64,000 bases of DNA, from the NCBI GenBank assembly GCA_964562525.1, contig CAZLTL010000010.1:15389-79388 (forward strand), in the 5' to 3' direction. Made by a program: the position numbers and the translations under genes. The stretch is from an uncultured bacterium. GTDB lineage: Bacteria > Omnitrophota > Omnitrophia > Omnitrophales > Aquincolibacteriaceae. Below are positions 20,326-29,364 of this stretch, one piece after another. Under the pieces are notes generated by a model. The model had not been told where the DNA came from. It did not search any database and saw only the letters and a list, made by a program, of their open reading frames with translations. Position 1 is the stretch's first letter. Each line of letters opens with the position of its first letter.

Positions 20326-23010
20326 ATGGCAACTGCAACTAAGAACAAAGCAAAGTCGGGCTCAAAAGCCTCTAAAACTAAATACGTTTACTTTTTCGGT
20401 GCCGGTAAAGCCGAAGGTAAAGCGGAAATGAAACAGCTTCTCGGCGGAAAAGGTGCCAACCTCGCTGAAATGACCAATATCGGCGTGCCGGTTCCGGGTG
20501 GATTTACTCTGACCACGGAAACATGTGCTGAGTTTTATAAGAATAATAAGCAATGGCCGGCAGGTCTTGAACAGCAAGTTAAAGAAAACATCGTTAAGCT
20601 TGAAAAAGCGATGGGCGCCAAGTTTGGCGATCGTCACAATCCTTTGCTCGTTTCTGTTCGTTCCGGCGCCGCGGTCTCGATGCCCGGTATGATGGATACG
20701 GTTTTGAACTTGGGTTTAAATCCGGATGTTGTTCAGGGTTTGATCGTTAAAACCGAAAACGAACGTTTTGCGTGGGACTCCTATCGTCGCTTCATCCAGA
20801 TGTTCGGTGACGTTGTTATGAACGTTCCGCACGATGATTTTGAGCACATTCTTGAAAAGAAAAAAGCGGATCTTGGTATTGAGCTTGATACGGATCTTTC
20901 AGCCAATGACTTGAAAGAAATCGTACGCAAGTATAAAGAAGTTTATACGAAGCATACCGGCGAAGAATTCCCGAATGATGCTTTCGAACAGCTGAAGAAG
21001 TCAATCAACGCCGTTTTCATTTCTTGGAATAATCCGCGCGCTGAAAAATACCGTCAGATTTATGAAATCCGCGGTCTTCTCGGTACGGCTGTAACTTGCC
21101 AAGCGATGGTTTACGGAAATATGGGCGAAACATCCGGAACAGGTGTTTGCTTTACCCGCAATCCTTCGACCGGTGAAAATAAATTCTACGGCGAATACCT
21201 TGTGAACGCGCAGGGTGAAGACGTTGTGGCCGGTATCCGCACTCCGGAGCCGATCAGCGTGCTTGAAGATAAATGGCCGAAAATTTATAAGCAGTTGGAT
21301 GCGCTTCGCACCCGCCTTGAAAATCATTACAAGGATATGCAGGATATTGAGTTCACGATCCAAGAAGGAAAACTCTATATTCTCCAAACTCGTAACGGTA
21401 AACGCACAGGCGCGGCCGGTGTCCGTATCGCGGTTGAGCTTGTGAAGGAAAAGAAAATCACTCAGGATCAGGCGATTCTGCGCGTTGACCCGAAGTCGCT
21501 TGATCAATTGCTTCATCCGACATTCGATCCGAAGCAGAAGAAGAATGCGATCGGCAAAGGTTTGCCGGCATCTCCGGGCGCAGCGACAGGTAAAGCTGTT
21601 TTCTCCGCGGATGACGCAGAAGCACTTGCCGCCAAAGGCGAGCCGGTGATTCTTGTTCGTATCGAAACATCACCTGAAGATATCGGTGGTATGAACGTCG
21701 CTGAAGGTATCTTGACGGCACGCGGCGGTATGACTTCTCACGCGGCGGTTGTTGCGCGTGGTATGGGAACTTGCTGCGTTTCCGGTGCGCCTGAAGTGAA
21801 AATTGATTATGCCAAGAAGCAGTTTTCTTGCGGCGGCGTAACAATTAAAGAAGGTGACTGGGTTTCACTTGACGGTTCGCTCGGCGAAATTTATGCCGGC
21901 AAACTCGACACGGTGACCGCTCAGATGACCGGTGCTTTCGGAACATTGATGAAATGGGCTGATGCAACGCGTTCTCTCAAGATCCGTACAAATGCGGATA
22001 CACCGAATGATGCGCAAGTTGCACGCGGTTTTGGCGCTGAAGGTATTGGTCTTTGCCGCACAGAACATATGTTCTTTGAAGGCGATCGTATCATAGCAGT
22101 GCGTGAAATGATTTTAGCGAATGACCTTAAAGGTCGCGAAGCAGCGTTGGCGAAGCTTTTGCCGATGCAGCGCGGTGACTTTGAAGGTATCTTCAAGGCT
22201 ATGAACGGCTTGCCGGTAACGATCCGCTTGCTCGATCCGCCGTTGCATGAGTTCTTGCCGCATGAAGAAGGCAATCAACGTCAGATGGCTGAAGTCATGA
22301 AGGTTTCTATCGATATCGTGAAAGAAAAAGTGAACAAGCTTCACGAATTCAATCCGATGTTGGGACACCGCGGCTGCCGTCTCGGTATCACTTATCCCGA
22401 AATTTACAAAATGCAGGTACGCGCGATTATCGAAGCGGCATGCAATGTAAAAAAAGCGGGCATCAAAGTTCTTCCTGAAATCATGATTCCCCTTATCGGA
22501 ACCAAGAAGGAACTTGAAATTTTGAAGGCGGATGCGATCCAAGTGATCGACGAAGTTTTCAAAGCCAAGGGCTTCAAGATTCCGTATATGATCGGAACCA
22601 TGATTGAAATTCCGCGTGCTGCCGTTATCGCTGACAGCGTTGCGGAAGTCGCTGAGTTCTTTTCGTTCGGCACGAACGATTTGACCCAGATGATGTTCGG
22701 GTATTCCCGTGACGACGCAGGCGCGTTTATCGGTGAATATCTCAATCAGGGCATTCTTGAAAAAGATCCTTTCCAGACGATCGATGAAAACGGTGTGGGA
22801 CAAATCATGCGCATGGGCGTGGAACGCGGCCGTTCCACTCGTAAAGACCTCAAAGTGGGTATTTGCGGTGAGCATGGCGGAGACCCCGCTTCGGTTGATT
22901 TTTGTCACCGTATCGGCATGAACTATGTCAGCTGTTCGCCTTATCGTGTTCCTATCGCACGTTTGGCTGCGGCTCAGGCTGTGGTTCGCGCTAAAAAGAA
23001 AAAAAAGTAA
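20326..23010 (+). CDS. ppdK: pyruvate, phosphate dikinase
   Basis: 894 aa; N-terminal YFFGAGKAEGKAEMKQLLGGKGANLAEM ATP-grasp, central catalytic His region GGMTSHAAVVARGMG, C-terminal PEP-utilising TIM barrel with GICGEHGGDP. Confidence 0.95.
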   Translation: MATATKNKAKSGSKASKTKYVYFFGAGKAEGKAEMKQLLGGKGANLAEMTNIGVPVPGGFTLTTETCAEFYKNNKQWPAGLEQQVKENIVKLEKAMGAKFGDRHNPLLVSVRSGAAVSMPGMMDTVLNLGLNPDVVQGLIVKTENERFAWDSYRRFIQMFGDVVMNVPHDDFEHILEKKKADLGIELDTDLSANDLKEIVRKYKEVYTKHTGEEFPNDAFEQLKKSINAVFISWNNPRAEKYRQIYEIRGLLGTAVTCQAMVYGNMGETSGTGVCFTRNPSTGENKFYGEYLVNAQGEDVVAGIRTPEPISVLEDKWPKIYKQLDALRTRLENHYKDMQDIEFTIQEGKLYILQTRNGKRTGAAGVRIAVELVKEKKITQDQAILRVDPKSLDQLLHPTFDPKQKKNAIGKGLPASPGAATGKAVFSADDAEALAAKGEPVILVRIETSPEDIGGMNVAEGILTARGGMTSHAAVVARGMGTCCVSGAPEVKIDYAKKQFSCGGVTIKEGDWVSLDGSLGEIYAGKLDTVTAQMTGAFGTLMKWADATRSLKIRTNADTPNDAQVARGFGAEGIGLCRTEHMFFEGDRIIAVREMILANDLKGREAALAKLLPMQRGDFEGIFKAMNGLPVTIRLLDPPLHEFLPHEEGNQRQMAEVMKVSIDIVKEKVNKLHEFNPMLGHRGCRLGITYPEIYKMQVRAIIEAACNVKKAGIKVLPEIMIPLIGTKKELEILKADAIQVIDEVFKAKGFKIPYMIGTMIEIPRAAVIADSVAEVAEFFSFGTNDLTQMMFGYSRDDAGAFIGEYLNQGILEKDPFQTIDENGVGQIMRMGVERGRSTRKDLKVGICGEHGGDPASVDFCHRIGMNYVSCSPYRVPIARLAAAQAVVRAKKKKK

Positions 23011-23028
23011 GAGGCGCTTTTTAAGATT

Positions 23029-24153
23029 ATGCCTGCCAAAAAGGCATCGAAAAGCAAAAGCTCGAGCAAAGCCCGCAAAGCTTCACCTGTTAAAAAGGTG
23101 AAGCGGCGGGCTTTGCCTGTTTCTAAGCAGAAAAAAGTAAAAGCTGCTGTTGTAAAAAAACCATTGGTTTCTGCCGGAAAAAAAGCTTTGGATGATACTC
23201 TCAAAAAAAAGATAACTCCTTCATTTGTGCCGCAGCCGGAAGAGCGCCGCGCCAAGAAGAGAGAAATGACTTTGCCGCGTGAAGGGGAAGGTGAATATGA
23301 AAACACCGCGGACCGTTCCGCGATGCGTATTTACCTCGATCAAATTGAGCATATCCCGCTTTTAACCCCCGATGATGAAGTGACGTTAGCGCGCAAAGTA
23401 CAGGCAGGCGGCGAAGAAGGCCATGCCGCGCGTGAAAGAATGATTAAGTCGAATCTGCGGCTTGTGATAGCGATCGCGAAGCGTTATTCCAATATGGGGC
23501 TGCCTTTTTCGGATTTGGTTGAAGAAGGCAATATGGGATTGATGCGCGCAGTTGAAAAGTTTGACCCCGAGCGCGGTTACCGCTTTTCAACTTATTCTTC
23601 TTGGTGGATTAAGCAGGGCATAATGCGTTCTCTCTCTAATCAGGGTAAAACAATCCGCATTCCGGTTTATATGTATGACATTATCGCGAAATGGCGCAAG
23701 GTTCGCGACGGGTTAACCCAGCGTTTAGGGAAGGTTCCATCGGCCAAAGAAATTGCGGATGTGATGGAAGTGCCAGTCGAAAAAATCCGCGAGATTGAGC
23801 AGATTGTCGAACGTCCGAGCTCACTCAACGCGCCGATCAGTTTGGAAGGTTCCGCGGAGCTTATTGATTTAATCGAGGAAGATTCCAGTAAAAATCCGGA
23901 CTCGCTTCTGAGCGAGGTTTTGTGTTCCGAGCGAGTTGTGAAACTGCTCGCAACTTTGGATGAACGCGAACGCCGGATTCTGAATTTGCGGTTTGGTTTG
24001 GCGGAGGGCCAGACGCACACCTTGGAAGAAGTTGCGGCCCATTTTGATATTACGCGTGAAAGAGTCCGCCAAATTGAAGCTGCGGCCCTCAAGAAAATTA
24101 AAAAATATTTGGAAGATCAAGGCGATCGTCTTGAAAACTACCTTTCCAAGTAA
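23029..24153 (+). CDS. rpoD: RNA polymerase sigma-70 family factor (RpoD-like) with lysine-rich N-terminal tail
   Basis: Regions 1.2-4 present (DLVEEGNMGLMRAVEKFDPERGYRFSTYSSWWIKQGI; TLEEVAAHFDITRERVRQIE). The first ~70 aa are a K/A-rich basic low-complexity extension. Confidence 0.85.
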   Translation: MPAKKASKSKSSSKARKASPVKKVKRRALPVSKQKKVKAAVVKKPLVSAGKKALDDTLKKKITPSFVPQPEERRAKKREMTLPREGEGEYENTADRSAMRIYLDQIEHIPLLTPDDEVTLARKVQAGGEEGHAARERMIKSNLRLVIAIAKRYSNMGLPFSDLVEEGNMGLMRAVEKFDPERGYRFSTYSSWWIKQGIMRSLSNQGKTIRIPVYMYDIIAKWRKVRDGLTQRLGKVPSAKEIADVMEVPVEKIREIEQIVERPSSLNAPISLEGSAELIDLIEEDSSKNPDSLLSEVLCSERVVKLLATLDERERRILNLRFGLAEGQTHTLEEVAAHFDITRERVRQIEAAALKKIKKYLEDQGDRLENYLSK

Positions 24154-24167
24154 TTGGCCCGCTTGTA

Positions 24168-24689
24168 ATGGATATTAAGCAAATTCAATCTAAAATCCGA
24201 GACATTCCTGATTTTCCGAAGCCCGGAATTGTTTTTAAAGATATTACTCCCTTGCTGCAAGACTCACTCGCGTTTCATGCTTCCATTGAAAAAATTGCTG
24301 CGGCACTTGAACCTTACTCCGTGGATGCCATCGTCGGAATTGAATCGCGCGGGTTTATCTTTGGTCCTGCGGTCGCATTTCGCATGAAAAAGGGGTTTAT
24401 CCCTCTGCGCAAAAAAGGCAAACTTCCGTTCAAAACGGAACAAATTTCGTATGCATTGGAATATGGCGAGGCAACACTAGAGATTCATTCTGACGGCGTT
24501 TTAAAGGGTCAGAAGGTCGCGATTATCGATGATGTGCTTGCCACCGGCGGAACCGCGGCGGCGGCGCGCACACTTGTTGAAAGAATCGGCGGGCGGGTTG
24601 CCGCATTCGCATTCTTAGGGGAACTTGGCTTTCTCGATGGGCGGTCTAAGCTCATCGGTTATCCTTCCTTTTCTCTGCTTCAGTTTTAA
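24168..24689 (+). CDS. apt: adenine phosphoribosyltransferase
   Basis: DFPKPGIVFKDITPLL and VAIIDDVLATGGTA PRTase motifs, 173 aa. Confidence 0.9.
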   Translation: MDIKQIQSKIRDIPDFPKPGIVFKDITPLLQDSLAFHASIEKIAAALEPYSVDAIVGIESRGFIFGPAVAFRMKKGFIPLRKKGKLPFKTEQISYALEYGEATLEIHSDGVLKGQKVAIIDDVLATGGTAAAARTLVERIGGRVAAFAFLGELGFLDGRSKLIGYPSFSLLQF

Positions 24690-24708
24690 GCTGTTGATAT
24701 TAAATTGA

Positions 24709-24782
24709 GTCCCCATAGCTCAAATGGATAGAGCATCTCCGTCCTAAGGAGAGGGTTGCATGTTCGACTCATGCTGGGGACA
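24709..24782 (+). tRNA. tRNA-Arg (anticodon CCT)
   Basis: Hand-folded cloverleaf: acceptor GTCCCCA/TGGGGAC, D-arm GCTC-AAATGGATA-GAGC, anticodon stem TCTCC/GGAGA with loop GTCCTAA, T-arm GCATG-TTCGACT-CATGC, discriminator A. Confidence 0.8.
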
Positions 24783-25060
24783 TTTTTCACTGAAAACCCA
24801 TCATCTACTGCGTTGTATCCGCTTTCGCTTGTGCGATGTATTTTGGTATACATCTCCGCGCTCATTTGCATACGCCTTGTATCTGATGGGTTTTGAGTGA
24901 AAACGGTTGTGAAATATGAATCGAAGGGATCTTCGCAATTTATTCCGCTGAGTGGAGGACGAAGCTGACTAAGGTCAGCTTTGGACAGAATGAAGACCAG
25001 GCGAAGCGGGCGGCCGACTTGAAGTGAATGCCGCGGCTAGCGGACGTGAACGGAAAGTGC

Positions 25061-25078
25061 CGACTCATGCTGGGGACA
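25061..25078 (+). repeat. 18-bp direct repeat of the tRNA-Arg 3' end (CGACTCATGCTGGGGACA), an att-site-like duplication
   Basis: Exact copy of positions 24765-24782, lying 278 bp downstream of the tRNA. Confidence 0.6.
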
Positions 25079-25092
25079 CTATTTTGTTTTTG

Positions 25093-25172
25093 CTCTGCGC
25101 CGCCGGCGCAACCGCACGTTTCACTACGCCTCCTCATGCGCTTGTTTAGGCCTAGCATCTAAGACCTTTTTT
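25093..25172 (+). repeat. intergenic repeat element (GCGCC hairpin module plus GTTTCAC...GCCTAGCATC...TTTTTTGA module)
   Basis: Shares the CTCTGCGCC-N3-GGCGCAACCG hairpin with 30249, 32221 and 39737, and the ~60-bp GTTTCAC...T-run module with 6648-6745 and 11656-11750. Confidence 0.55.
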
Positions 25173-25260
25173 GAAAGAAAGGGAGATTACGTTTTTGTGA
25201 CTAAAAGCCTGAGAATCCATTCTCGCCAATCGAAGTAAATCAGGCTAAAATACCGCCCTT

Positions 25261-27228
25261 ATGAAAAGATTATTCAGCCATTGCCGACTTCAGCTTTTGT
25301 CAGCTGGAGTGATTTGTTTTTTTGGTATATCTGCTTTGCACGCCCAAACGGCTTCGTCGGGAAGCGCTCAGATTGACCCTGATTGGGAAAAAATCCGGGA
25401 TGCCCAGGTTCAAATGCTTAAAAAAAAGGAACAGGAGCTTGACCGTCTCAAGGAAGAAATTTTAAGCCGCGCACAACCCCAGACTTCCAATTCGGCGGAT
25501 TTACTTCAGGCTGAACTAAAGCAAAAAGAGCAGGCATGGACGGAGCGTATTCAAAAATACGAAAATGAAATCAGTTTGCTGCGAGTTAAGGCTGAAGATC
25601 AAAAAAAAGAAATCGATTCTTTGCGTTCTAATTCCGGGAAATCAGCAGAAATCAATCCTGCTTTGGCGGCAGCACCCGCTCTTTCCGGTCCATCAGAAGC
25701 TGCTTTAAAAGAGCGGGAAATTCAGATTCGAGCTCAGGAAAAAACTTTAGAGTCTAAAGACCAGGAGTTGATTCGTGCGCGCGCAGAGTTTGAGAAACAG
25801 TTAGCGGAGTTCGACAAAAAAATTAAATCAGAAGAAGACCGGCTTGACGATGAACGGCGCGAAATCTTGAACGGAAGGAATGCCTTAGAAACGGAAAAGC
25901 GCGCTTTGTCTGATGAGCGTAATGCAGTTAGCGCTCAAGTACAAGGGCTTAAAGAGAGCCAGAAGAAATTTGAAGATTTGCAAAATAAAGAAAAGGCTTT
26001 CGGTGAGCGCGAAGCTGCGCTCGTTCTAAAAGAAAAAACAGTAAGTGATAAATTAATCGAAGCCGCTGACCGCGAAAAGCGGATTGCGGATTCGCAAAAG
26101 CAGCTGGTGGAAGAGCGCCGCAAATGGCAGGTTGAGCGTAATCAGCTTACGGCGGATTTGGAAAAGAGATTTGCCGAAGCGGATGCCCGTTTGGAAAAAG
26201 CAGATAGCATTGATTTAGAACGCGACCGCATCCGTGCCGGATATGAGAAGCAGCTTAAAGAGATGCGTGGCGAAACTCAATATGAGAAAGACAAATTAGC
26301 TCAAAGAGAACTGGAATGGAAAGAGAAGACAAGGGAATTTGCTCAAACGCAGAATGATCTTGAGAAGCAGATTGCGGATTTGAAGGCGCAGCTTTTAGAT
26401 TCCGGAAAAACAACGGAAAAGGAAGCTGTTTTGACCCGGCAAGTGGAGGAATTGAATCAGAAGCTATTTGCGGCTGAAAATCTCAAGAAAAGCGCTGAGG
26501 CGGAGTTGATGACCGTTAAATCAAAAGTAGCGGCTCAAGCGGATCAGAGTGGCGAAACCTCAAAACTTCAAACACAAATTCAAGAGTTGCGGGATCAGCA
26601 GATTGCGCGTGAAAAAGAACTGAAAACCGAAAAAGAAGCCTATGAAAAAACAATCGCGGATCTGCGCGGACGGCTTGCCGATCGTGAAAGCGGTTTTGAG
26701 TCGAAAGAGACGGAGTTAAGTCGCAAATTGGCAGACATCGAGCAGAAATTAGCGGAATCGGAAAACAAAAAAATGTCATTGGAATCCCAAGTCAGCGATT
26801 TAAAGAGCCGTCCAATCCAGACAACCGGCGCTGATGCCCGGGATGTTGCTGATGTCTCCGCGCTCAAAAAAGAAATCGCGGCGCTTCAAATTGAGAATGA
26901 AGATTGGCGCCGGAGTCGCAGGGAAGTTGAGCAAACTTGGAGCGAATTTGTGAATCGCGAAACTCAATATCAAATGGAAATCAAGGCGCTTGAAAATCAG
27001 CTTGCGGCAGCGAGCGCCTCATCCGGAGGGCGTGATTGGAGTTCGGAAGCGAAGCGTGTTGTGGAAGAACGCCGTGCATTAAGCGATGAAAAATCGAGAA
27101 TGTACCGCGAGGTGACGCAAGAGCGCCAAAAGCTGGAACAAGAGAAAGTTGAATTTTTGCGTCATCAGCGTGAATTTGACCAATACATTAAAAAAGAGCA
27201 AGCGCGGCTTGACCGCGCGCGGCAATAG
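25261..27228 (+). CDS. secreted coiled-coil protein (655 aa, E/K/R/Q-rich)
   Basis: N-terminal signal peptide (LSAGVICFFGISALHAQ), then ~600 aa of heptad-like charged repeats; no enzymatic motif. Confidence 0.5.
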   Translation: MKRLFSHCRLQLLSAGVICFFGISALHAQTASSGSAQIDPDWEKIRDAQVQMLKKKEQELDRLKEEILSRAQPQTSNSADLLQAELKQKEQAWTERIQKYENEISLLRVKAEDQKKEIDSLRSNSGKSAEINPALAAAPALSGPSEAALKEREIQIRAQEKTLESKDQELIRARAEFEKQLAEFDKKIKSEEDRLDDERREILNGRNALETEKRALSDERNAVSAQVQGLKESQKKFEDLQNKEKAFGEREAALVLKEKTVSDKLIEAADREKRIADSQKQLVEERRKWQVERNQLTADLEKRFAEADARLEKADSIDLERDRIRAGYEKQLKEMRGETQYEKDKLAQRELEWKEKTREFAQTQNDLEKQIADLKAQLLDSGKTTEKEAVLTRQVEELNQKLFAAENLKKSAEAELMTVKSKVAAQADQSGETSKLQTQIQELRDQQIAREKELKTEKEAYEKTIADLRGRLADRESGFESKETELSRKLADIEQKLAESENKKMSLESQVSDLKSRPIQTTGADARDVADVSALKKEIAALQIENEDWRRSRREVEQTWSEFVNRETQYQMEIKALENQLAAASASSGGRDWSSEAKRVVEERRALSDEKSRMYREVTQERQKLEQEKVEFLRHQREFDQYIKKEQARLDRARQ

Positions 27229-27233
27229 GCTGA

Positions 27234-27791
27234 TTGATGGCAGTGAAAGAGAAATCGTCCGAAAAAGTATTGCTGCGAGCCCGCATCCGCAGCCTGCATT
27301 TTACCCCTTCAAAACGAAAAAAAAGCAGTCTTGCTGTTTGCCGGAAAATTGAAAAAACCACTTTTTTTCAGGATGCTCGGACAATCGGTTTTTATTCTGC
27401 TGCGAAAGATGAGCTGGATTTGTTTTCTTTGGCGGCAAAAGCGTTAAAGCTGAATAAGAAGATTTTTTTTCCGCGGGTGGTTGGAAGTAAAATCGAATTC
27501 CGCGAAGTTCGTGATTTGAAAAAAGATTTGCGCCCTGGAGCTTATCAGATTCTTGAACCCAATCCCCAAAAAACAAAAAAGCGCGTGCGGGAACCGGATT
27601 TGATTTTAGTTCCCGGTCGGGCCTTTGATTCGCAATGCAGAAGACTTGGGCGGGGTGGAGGCCATTATGACCGTTTGCTGGAGCGGTGGCATGGAAGTAC
27701 CCGCATCGGAGTGGGGTTTTGTGAACAGAAAGTACGGTATGTTCCGGTTGAGAAGCATGACATTCGCATGGATGCCGTGATTACAGGATGA
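27234..27791 (+). CDS. 5-formyltetrahydrofolate cyclo-ligase
   Basis: C-terminal DLILVPGRAFDSQCRRLGRGGGHYDRLL and HDIRMDAVIT motifs are typical of MTHFS/YgfA. Confidence 0.8.
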   Translation: MMAVKEKSSEKVLLRARIRSLHFTPSKRKKSSLAVCRKIEKTTFFQDARTIGFYSAAKDELDLFSLAAKALKLNKKIFFPRVVGSKIEFREVRDLKKDLRPGAYQILEPNPQKTKKRVREPDLILVPGRAFDSQCRRLGRGGGHYDRLLERWHGSTRIGVGFCEQKVRYVPVEKHDIRMDAVITG

Positions 27792-29014
27792 TGATGGATC
27801 TTTTTCAGCAGCAAGCCAAACGCCAAGTCTATTCTGTCAGCGATTTAAACCGTGAAATACGCGCTTGCCTTGAACCGCGCTTCGCGACCATTTGGGTTGA
27901 GGCCGAAATCTCGAATTTAAAACTACATACCTCCGGTCATATTTATTTAACTCTTAAAGATGAAAAGTCTCAGCTGAGCGCGGTTTTTTTCAGCCGTTAT
28001 AACCAGGGATTGAAGTTCCGTTTAAAAGACGGTTTAAAAGTTTTGGCTTTCGGTAAAGTTTCAGTTTATGAGCCGCGCGGTTCCTATCAGCTTTATATTG
28101 AAAAAATCCAGCCCAAGGGGATGGGCGAGCTTCAGCTTGCTTTCCTTCAGCTCAAAGAGAAATTGCAGAAAGAAGGTTTGTTTGATTCAGAGCATAAGAA
28201 ACCGATTCCGGCTTTTCCTAAAATTATCGGTGTGGTTACTTCTCCCACAGGCGCCGCGATTCAGGATATTTTAAACATTGTGAACCGCCGATTTCAGGGG
28301 GTGCATTTGATTTTAAATCCGGTTAAAGTACAGGGCGACGGCGCCGCGGAAGAAATCGCGCGGGCCATTCGGGAGTTTCAAACCATTGCGGGTGTGGATG
28401 TGCTTATCGTTGGCCGCGGCGGCGGAAGCTTGGAAGACCTTTGGGCTTTTAACGAAGAGGTTGTAGCGCGCGCGATATATGAATCACAAATTCCGGTGAT
28501 TTCCGCGGTGGGGCATGAAATTGATTGGACGATCGCGGATTTTGTTGCGGATTTACGGGCGCCGACGCCTTCGGCCGCCGCGGAGCTGGTGACTCAAAAC
28601 CAAGCGGACCTTTTACGAAAGCTGGGCGATGATTCTGAGCGAATTCAGAACGCTATGACTGGACTCTTGAGACAATACCAAGATCGGCTGGAAACTTTGG
28701 CTGAAAGCTATGCTTTTCGCGAGCCGCGCAAGCTCATTGACCAATTAGCTGAACGAGTCGATGAACAAGCCCGTCAAATGCAATCCTTTTTCCGTCATTT
28801 GCTTGAGCAGAAGGAACAAAATTGGAAACATCAAGCCGGTCGCTTGCACGCTTTAAGTCCGCTGGCGGTTTTGGACCGGGGTTATTCGATTGCTTTTGAT
28901 ACCAAAGGAAAAGTGCTTAAGAAGATCACACAGCTTAAAAAGGGTGACCGCCTTGAAACACGCCTCAAAGGCGGAAAAGTTTATTCGGAAATTACGGAAT
29001 TGAAAGCGGATTGA
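27788..29014 (+). CDS. xseA: exodeoxyribonuclease VII large subunit
   Basis: N-terminal OB-fold (IWVEAEISNLKLHTSGHIYLTLKDEKSQL), catalytic core and coiled C-terminus; 408 aa. Confidence 0.9.
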   Translation: MMMDLFQQQAKRQVYSVSDLNREIRACLEPRFATIWVEAEISNLKLHTSGHIYLTLKDEKSQLSAVFFSRYNQGLKFRLKDGLKVLAFGKVSVYEPRGSYQLYIEKIQPKGMGELQLAFLQLKEKLQKEGLFDSEHKKPIPAFPKIIGVVTSPTGAAIQDILNIVNRRFQGVHLILNPVKVQGDGAAEEIARAIREFQTIAGVDVLIVGRGGGSLEDLWAFNEEVVARAIYESQIPVISAVGHEIDWTIADFVADLRAPTPSAAAELVTQNQADLLRKLGDDSERIQNAMTGLLRQYQDRLETLAESYAFREPRKLIDQLAERVDEQARQMQSFFRHLLEQKEQNWKHQAGRLHALSPLAVLDRGYSIAFDTKGKVLKKITQLKKGDRLETRLKGGKVYSEITELKAD

Positions 29015-29061
29015 CAAGCGCGGGAGGCTTTGCCAAGCTATCCCGTTTTTGAAAGGAAAAA

Positions 29062-29364
29062 ATGAGCGAAAAATTTCAGTTTGAAAAGGCCTTGGCTGAA
29101 TTAGAAAAAATTGTGGAAGCTTTGGAAGCGGGCGAACTTTCTTTAGACGAAGCTTTAAAGCAATATGAAGAAGGCGTGAAGCTAACCCGTGCTTGCCAAG
29201 CCAAGCTGGAGGAAGCTGAGAAAAAAATTGAAATATTAACCAAGGGGTTAAACGGAGAGCTAAAAACCATGCCGTTTGAAGCAGATGCTTCAGATGACTC
29301 AGCGCCGTCCAAGAAAAAGCCGATCACAAAGAAAAAAAACAGCGAGGATGAAGATTTAATCTAA
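29062..29364 (+). CDS. xseB: exodeoxyribonuclease VII small subunit
   Basis: FEKALAELEKIVEALEAGELSLDEALKQYEEGVKL helical hairpin; follows xseA. Confidence 0.85.
   Translation: MSEKFQFEKALAELEKIVEALEAGELSLDEALKQYEEGVKLTRACQAKLEEAEKKIEILTKGLNGELKTMPFEADASDDSAPSKKKPITKKKNSEDEDLI

Noticed and set aside
22114-22908. 264-aa minus-strand ORF, plus many other 60-170-aa ORFs antisense to or nested within ppdK, aspS, uvrA, hisS, lptF, glyS, nirK region and others
   Set aside because: All lie inside strongly supported genes on the opposite strand or in an alternate frame. They have no motifs and atypical amino-acid composition (R/S/C-rich). They are treated as spurious.
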